Shown: positions 12,201 through 17,965 of the stretch, in pieces
Numbering within the stretch: the stretch's first letter is position 1
How the letters are laid out: each line of letters begins with the position of its first letter
Assembly: GCA_964016885.1 (NCBI GenBank)
Contig: CAXHJY010000156.1
Span: 1-17,965, forward strand
Reading direction: 5' to 3'
DNA: 17,965 nt
Origin: Eledone cirrhosa
Taxonomy: Eukaryota
The notes under the pieces: generated by a model
Database searches by the model: none
What the model was told of the DNA's origin: nothing
What the model saw: the letters and a program-made list of their open reading frames with translations, nothing else
Translations under genes and position numbers: made by a program

Positions 12201-12264
12201 TTACTGCATTCTAGTTAAGGAATTCGAGGTTATGTTAGAAGTGAGGGGCATAGTAAGGCGAGAC

Positions 12265-12650
12265 GGTGGTGGTGGTGGTGGTGGTGGCAGTAGAGGCTGT
12301 GACGGGGTGATGGAGGAGGTGGTGGTGGTGGCAGTAGAGGCTGTGACGGGGTGATGGAGCAGGTGGTGGTGGTGGCAGTAGAGGCTGTGACGGGGTGATA
12401 GAGGATGGTGGTGGTGGTGGTGGCAGTAGAGGCTGTGACGGGGTGATGGAGGAGGTGGTGGTGGCAGTAGAGGCTGTGACGGGGTGATGGAGGAGGTGGT
12501 GGTGGTGGTGGCAGTAGAGGCTGTGACGGGGTGATGGAGGAGGTGGTGGTGGCAGTAGAGGCTGTGACGGGGTGATGGAGCAGGTGGTGGTGGTGGTGGC
12601 AGTAGAGGCTGTGACGGGGTGATGGAGGAGGTGGTGGTGGTGGAGGTGGG
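12265..12650 (+). repeat. G-rich minisatellite, 8 units of about 41-48 bp
   Basis: Constant GGCAGTAGAGGCTGTGACGGGGTGAT(G/A)GAG separated by variable (GGT)n; 8 occurrences counted. Confidence 0.95.
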
Positions 12651-12757
12651 GGTCGCGGCTGATAGTTAACGAATGTAAAGTGTTAAAGAATGGAGTTAAA
12701 AACAGAAACTTCCGGTTTGTCTTATATCAGATTTGGGCTGTGAGGCAATCGGCAAAT

Positions 12758-13300
<543 letters not shown>

Positions 13301-13644
13301 ACAGGCAAATATATAAATATACACATGCATTTTACAAATACACGCATAAATACACACACACACACCCATATATATATAATATATTTTATTTATATTTATA
13401 ATATGTATATATGTAATATTGTATATATGTTTATATATGATATATATATATATAATATAATATAATTTATATCCATCTATCTATATATATTTAAATATCT
13501 AAATCATAAAATATATAAAATATACATAAAATGTACAAAATCTGAAATAAATGTGAATAAATATAGAATACATGTAACAATATACAGAAATAATTGGACA
13601 AAGCAATTATACAATATATATGTAAAATAAGTATATATAATATA

Positions 13645-13664
13645 TAATAATAATAATAATAATC

Positions 13665-13700
<36 letters not shown>

Positions 13701-14007
13701 CTTTCTTTATTACCCACAAGGGTTTACATAAAGTAGACATTAAGGACAGACAGTACAGGACAATACAGGTCGGTACAAATGGGCATTTCTGTGTGTAAAA
13801 AACAAAAAAACAGAGGATGTAACCAAAAAATAACAATGAAAAATTCCCCAATAGGGGGGAGACTTCCGAGAGACATTCGTGGAGAAAGCCCATTAAAAAG
13901 CCACAGTGACCCGGACCACCAGGGCAAGTGCCCTCTCCCAGTTTTCCACCTTTAATTTACAGACACATACTCAGAGTAGGCCCATTCACTCGGGCCATTC
14001 TTGCCTC
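13645..14007 (-). mobile_element. 3' end of an L1/Tx1-like LINE: last codons, 3' UTR and (TTA)n tail
   Basis: Minus strand 14007-13957 reads EARMARVNGPTLSMCL*, followed by ~255 nt of T-rich UTR ending CCCTTGTGGGTAATAAAGAAAGC(ATT)n. The clade call rests on recalled similarity to octopod L1/Tx1 ORF2 ends. Confidence 0.6.
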
Positions 14008-14008
14008 T

Positions 14009-14167
14009 TAATAATAATTGTTTCTACTTTTGGCACAAGGCCAGCAATTATTCCAGTGTATTACTGGTACTTTATTTTATCGACCCCGTAAGGATGAAAG
14101 GAAAAGTAAACCTCGGCGGGATTTGAACTCAGAATGGCAAGGACCGTAACTCTATGCGTCAAAGCAT
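14009..14167 (-). mobile_element. tRNA-derived SINE, 5'-truncated
   Basis: Tail, core and B-box present; A-box region missing; TAATAAT on both sides. Confidence 0.92.
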
Positions 14168-14179
14168 CTATAATAATGG

Positions 14180-14264
14180 TAATAATAATTGTTTCTACTT
14201 TAGGCACAAGGCCAGCAATTACCCAGTGCATTACTGGTACTTTATTTTATCGACCCCGTAAGGA
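14180..14264 (-). mobile_element. tRNA-derived SINE, 3' half only
   Basis: Reverse complement of TCCTTACGGGGTCGATAAAATAAAGTACCAG...GAAACAATTATT. Confidence 0.92.
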
Positions 14265-14432
14265 AATAATAATGATATATAATATATAATGAATTTAAAA
14301 TAATTATATATGAAGAAAAGTGAGTAAAAAATGCATAAAATAAGTAAAGAATATATTCTCTTGTTTGTAAGAAGGAAAGAAAAAATGATGAGATAACATT
14401 CCACGTTGGAAACAGCATTAGAATCACAGATG

Positions 14433-14495
<63 letters not shown>

Positions 14496-14775
14496 CTACA
14501 CACAAACACACACATACACACATACACACATACATTCGTATATATGCTATAAATGCATGTTTACATACTATGTATAATATACATATATAAATACATATAA
14601 TTATAGATACAAACACAAATGTACACCATACACACACACACACACACATACATACACATATATATATATGTGTGTATATATATATATATGTATGTATGTA
14701 TGTGTGTATACAGAGAGAGAGACGTGGAAACTATATACGTTATTCAGACAGAAATCAACACCTTTAAGTGTTTCA

Positions 14776-14942
<167 letters not shown>

Positions 14943-15013
14943 AGATGGAATGAATCAGTGTATGTGTATGTGTGAGTGTGGAATCATATACATGTTTGTT
15001 TATCTGTCTACTG

Positions 15014-15050
15014 GTTTCAGTAAGAACACTGCGGCCGAGCTGGAGCACCA
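15014..15050 (-). mobile_element. Short retroposon tail fragment related to the LINE 3' UTR at ~7295-7332
   Basis: Reverse complement TGGTGCTCCAGCTCGGCCGCAGTGTTCTTACTGAAAC aligns loosely with CGGTGCCCCACCATGATCTCAGTCCCTCGGCTGGAAC. Confidence 0.4.
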
Positions 15051-15170
15051 TACTAATATATTTTGTTTTATGGGTTTCCGTCACTTGATGGACAGGAGCG
15101 ATGATGACCATACTTCCTATTTCAGTCTTACCCATACAAAGAAATAAAGAAATATTAAACCGTACGGAGG

Positions 15171-15214
<44 letters not shown>

Positions 15215-15397
15215 CAAATGAATATATGATAGAGATAGACACTGATACAAGTATACATGTGTTCGTATTGCAAATGTCCAAGTTAGCTAGAGTTTATAAC
15301 TCTATATATAAATATGTGTGTGTGTATGCAAAATATAAACAGAAATAAAGCAAACATCACAGTATAACGAGATATATTTGTTTAACGCTTGATACAA

Positions 15398-15428
<31 letters not shown>

Positions 15429-15430
15429 GT

Positions 15431-15463
<33 letters not shown>

Positions 15464-15560
15464 GTAATAATAGTAATAATAATAGTAATAATAATAGTAA
15501 TAATAATAAAGAAAGGGTGAAAGCAGCGATTCTTTGCTTAAACTTTAATCTGTTATTTTA

Positions 15561-15609
<49 letters not shown>

Positions 15610-16077
15610 TATAAATAAACACTCGTTATATATGTATATGTATAGTTTTAAGTCGTTTATTTAGATACAAATCAAAATTCGCTCAGCAATTCGAAAAACG
15701 ATTGTTTGTTTGTATGTATATAAGCATATATATATGTATATACACACACACACACATATATATATATACATTTACATACACACAAAAACATGCATAGATA
15801 AACACTGCCATCATTTAAACGGTGAAAATGAAATAAGTCGGTGAAAGTTGATTACAGTCACATGTTAGCAAGATATATCTTTTACTTACACACAGACACA
15901 TGTATTTAAGCAGATTTTCCCACATTCGTGTACAAGAAAGCATTCACACATTTAAATACATATACAATGGTAGATTTACACATATATACACATATACATT
16001 TGTATCTGCATGTATATACATGCAGACACAAATATATTTATATGAATGTTTACATATATACAAAGTAATTTACACTC

Positions 16078-17536
<1,459 letters not shown>

Positions 17537-17883
17537 GGTGGCTGCCAACTCGTTTTCGAGTACGGCCACTACTTTATATCCATGTAGGAGAACCCCTACC
17601 GATACGCTGAACGAGTGTGACTTTTTAGTCTAACCAGCGACTTCAAAACTCTGGTACAAACACTACACTTGTGACAATTATTGACACATAGTGCTGGGCC
17701 CATGGTACCATGTGACGACAAATGCAGAGAGATCTCCAGATATAAAGCAATGCCTGTGCCGTGAAGCTTTTATAGTGAGCAAAGGCACTGCACAAAGCCA
17801 GTCCCACTCTCTTAACCAAGATGATATTTACCAAAAAGAAGAACAAGTCAACATCATTGGATATCATCAGGGTTGCAGGTGTT

Positions 17884-17965
17884 ATATCAGAGTTTTCCTT
17901 CTCCTAGAATTCTACCTTGACTAAGGCTAAGGGGTCATCTCTCCCGGTGATTTTGGATGGCCTAT
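17884..17965 (+). mobile_element. Possible RTE-clade LINE 5'-region fragment running off the window
   Basis: AGAGTTTTCCTTCTCCTAGA...CCT...AAGGCTAAGG resembles a motif I recall from RTE/RTE-X 5' UTRs; no ORF is visible within the window. Confidence 0.35.

Noticed and set aside
12265-12650. CRISPR-like repeat-spacer appearance (also the 46-bp array at 3321)
   Set aside because: The spacers are (GGT)n or absent rather than unique, the context is eukaryotic, and there are no cas genes.
17643-17924. 77-aa plus and 74-aa minus ORFs
   Set aside because: They are short, have no recognisable motif, and the plus ORF ends inside a probable repeat fragment.

Overview
AT-rich eukaryotic non-coding DNA, intronic or intergenic. 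Roughly half is (TA)n/(CA)n/(TAA)n microsatellite; the rest is mostly retroposon and DNA-transposon debris. The SINE and LINE tails resemble repeats I recall from octopod cephalopods (from memory, not searched). No intact protein-coding gene is supported: almost all listed ORFs are microsatellite read-throughs. Contents: at least 8 copies or fragments of one tRNA-derived SINE (three with clear TSDs); a hAT-like MITE and a young SINE nested in an older SINE; two LINE 3' ends of different clades; 46-bp and G-rich minisatellites. The most interesting items: (1) an unclassified ~195-bp element, present three times in (TA)n, ending in a ~116-bp palindrome whose arms co-vary between copies; (2) a minimal type I hammerhead ribozyme on the minus strand (11098-11140) in a Penelope/retrozyme-like module; (3) an apparent L1/Tx1-like LINE plus SINE pair that share a 3' tail and stack in (TAA)n.
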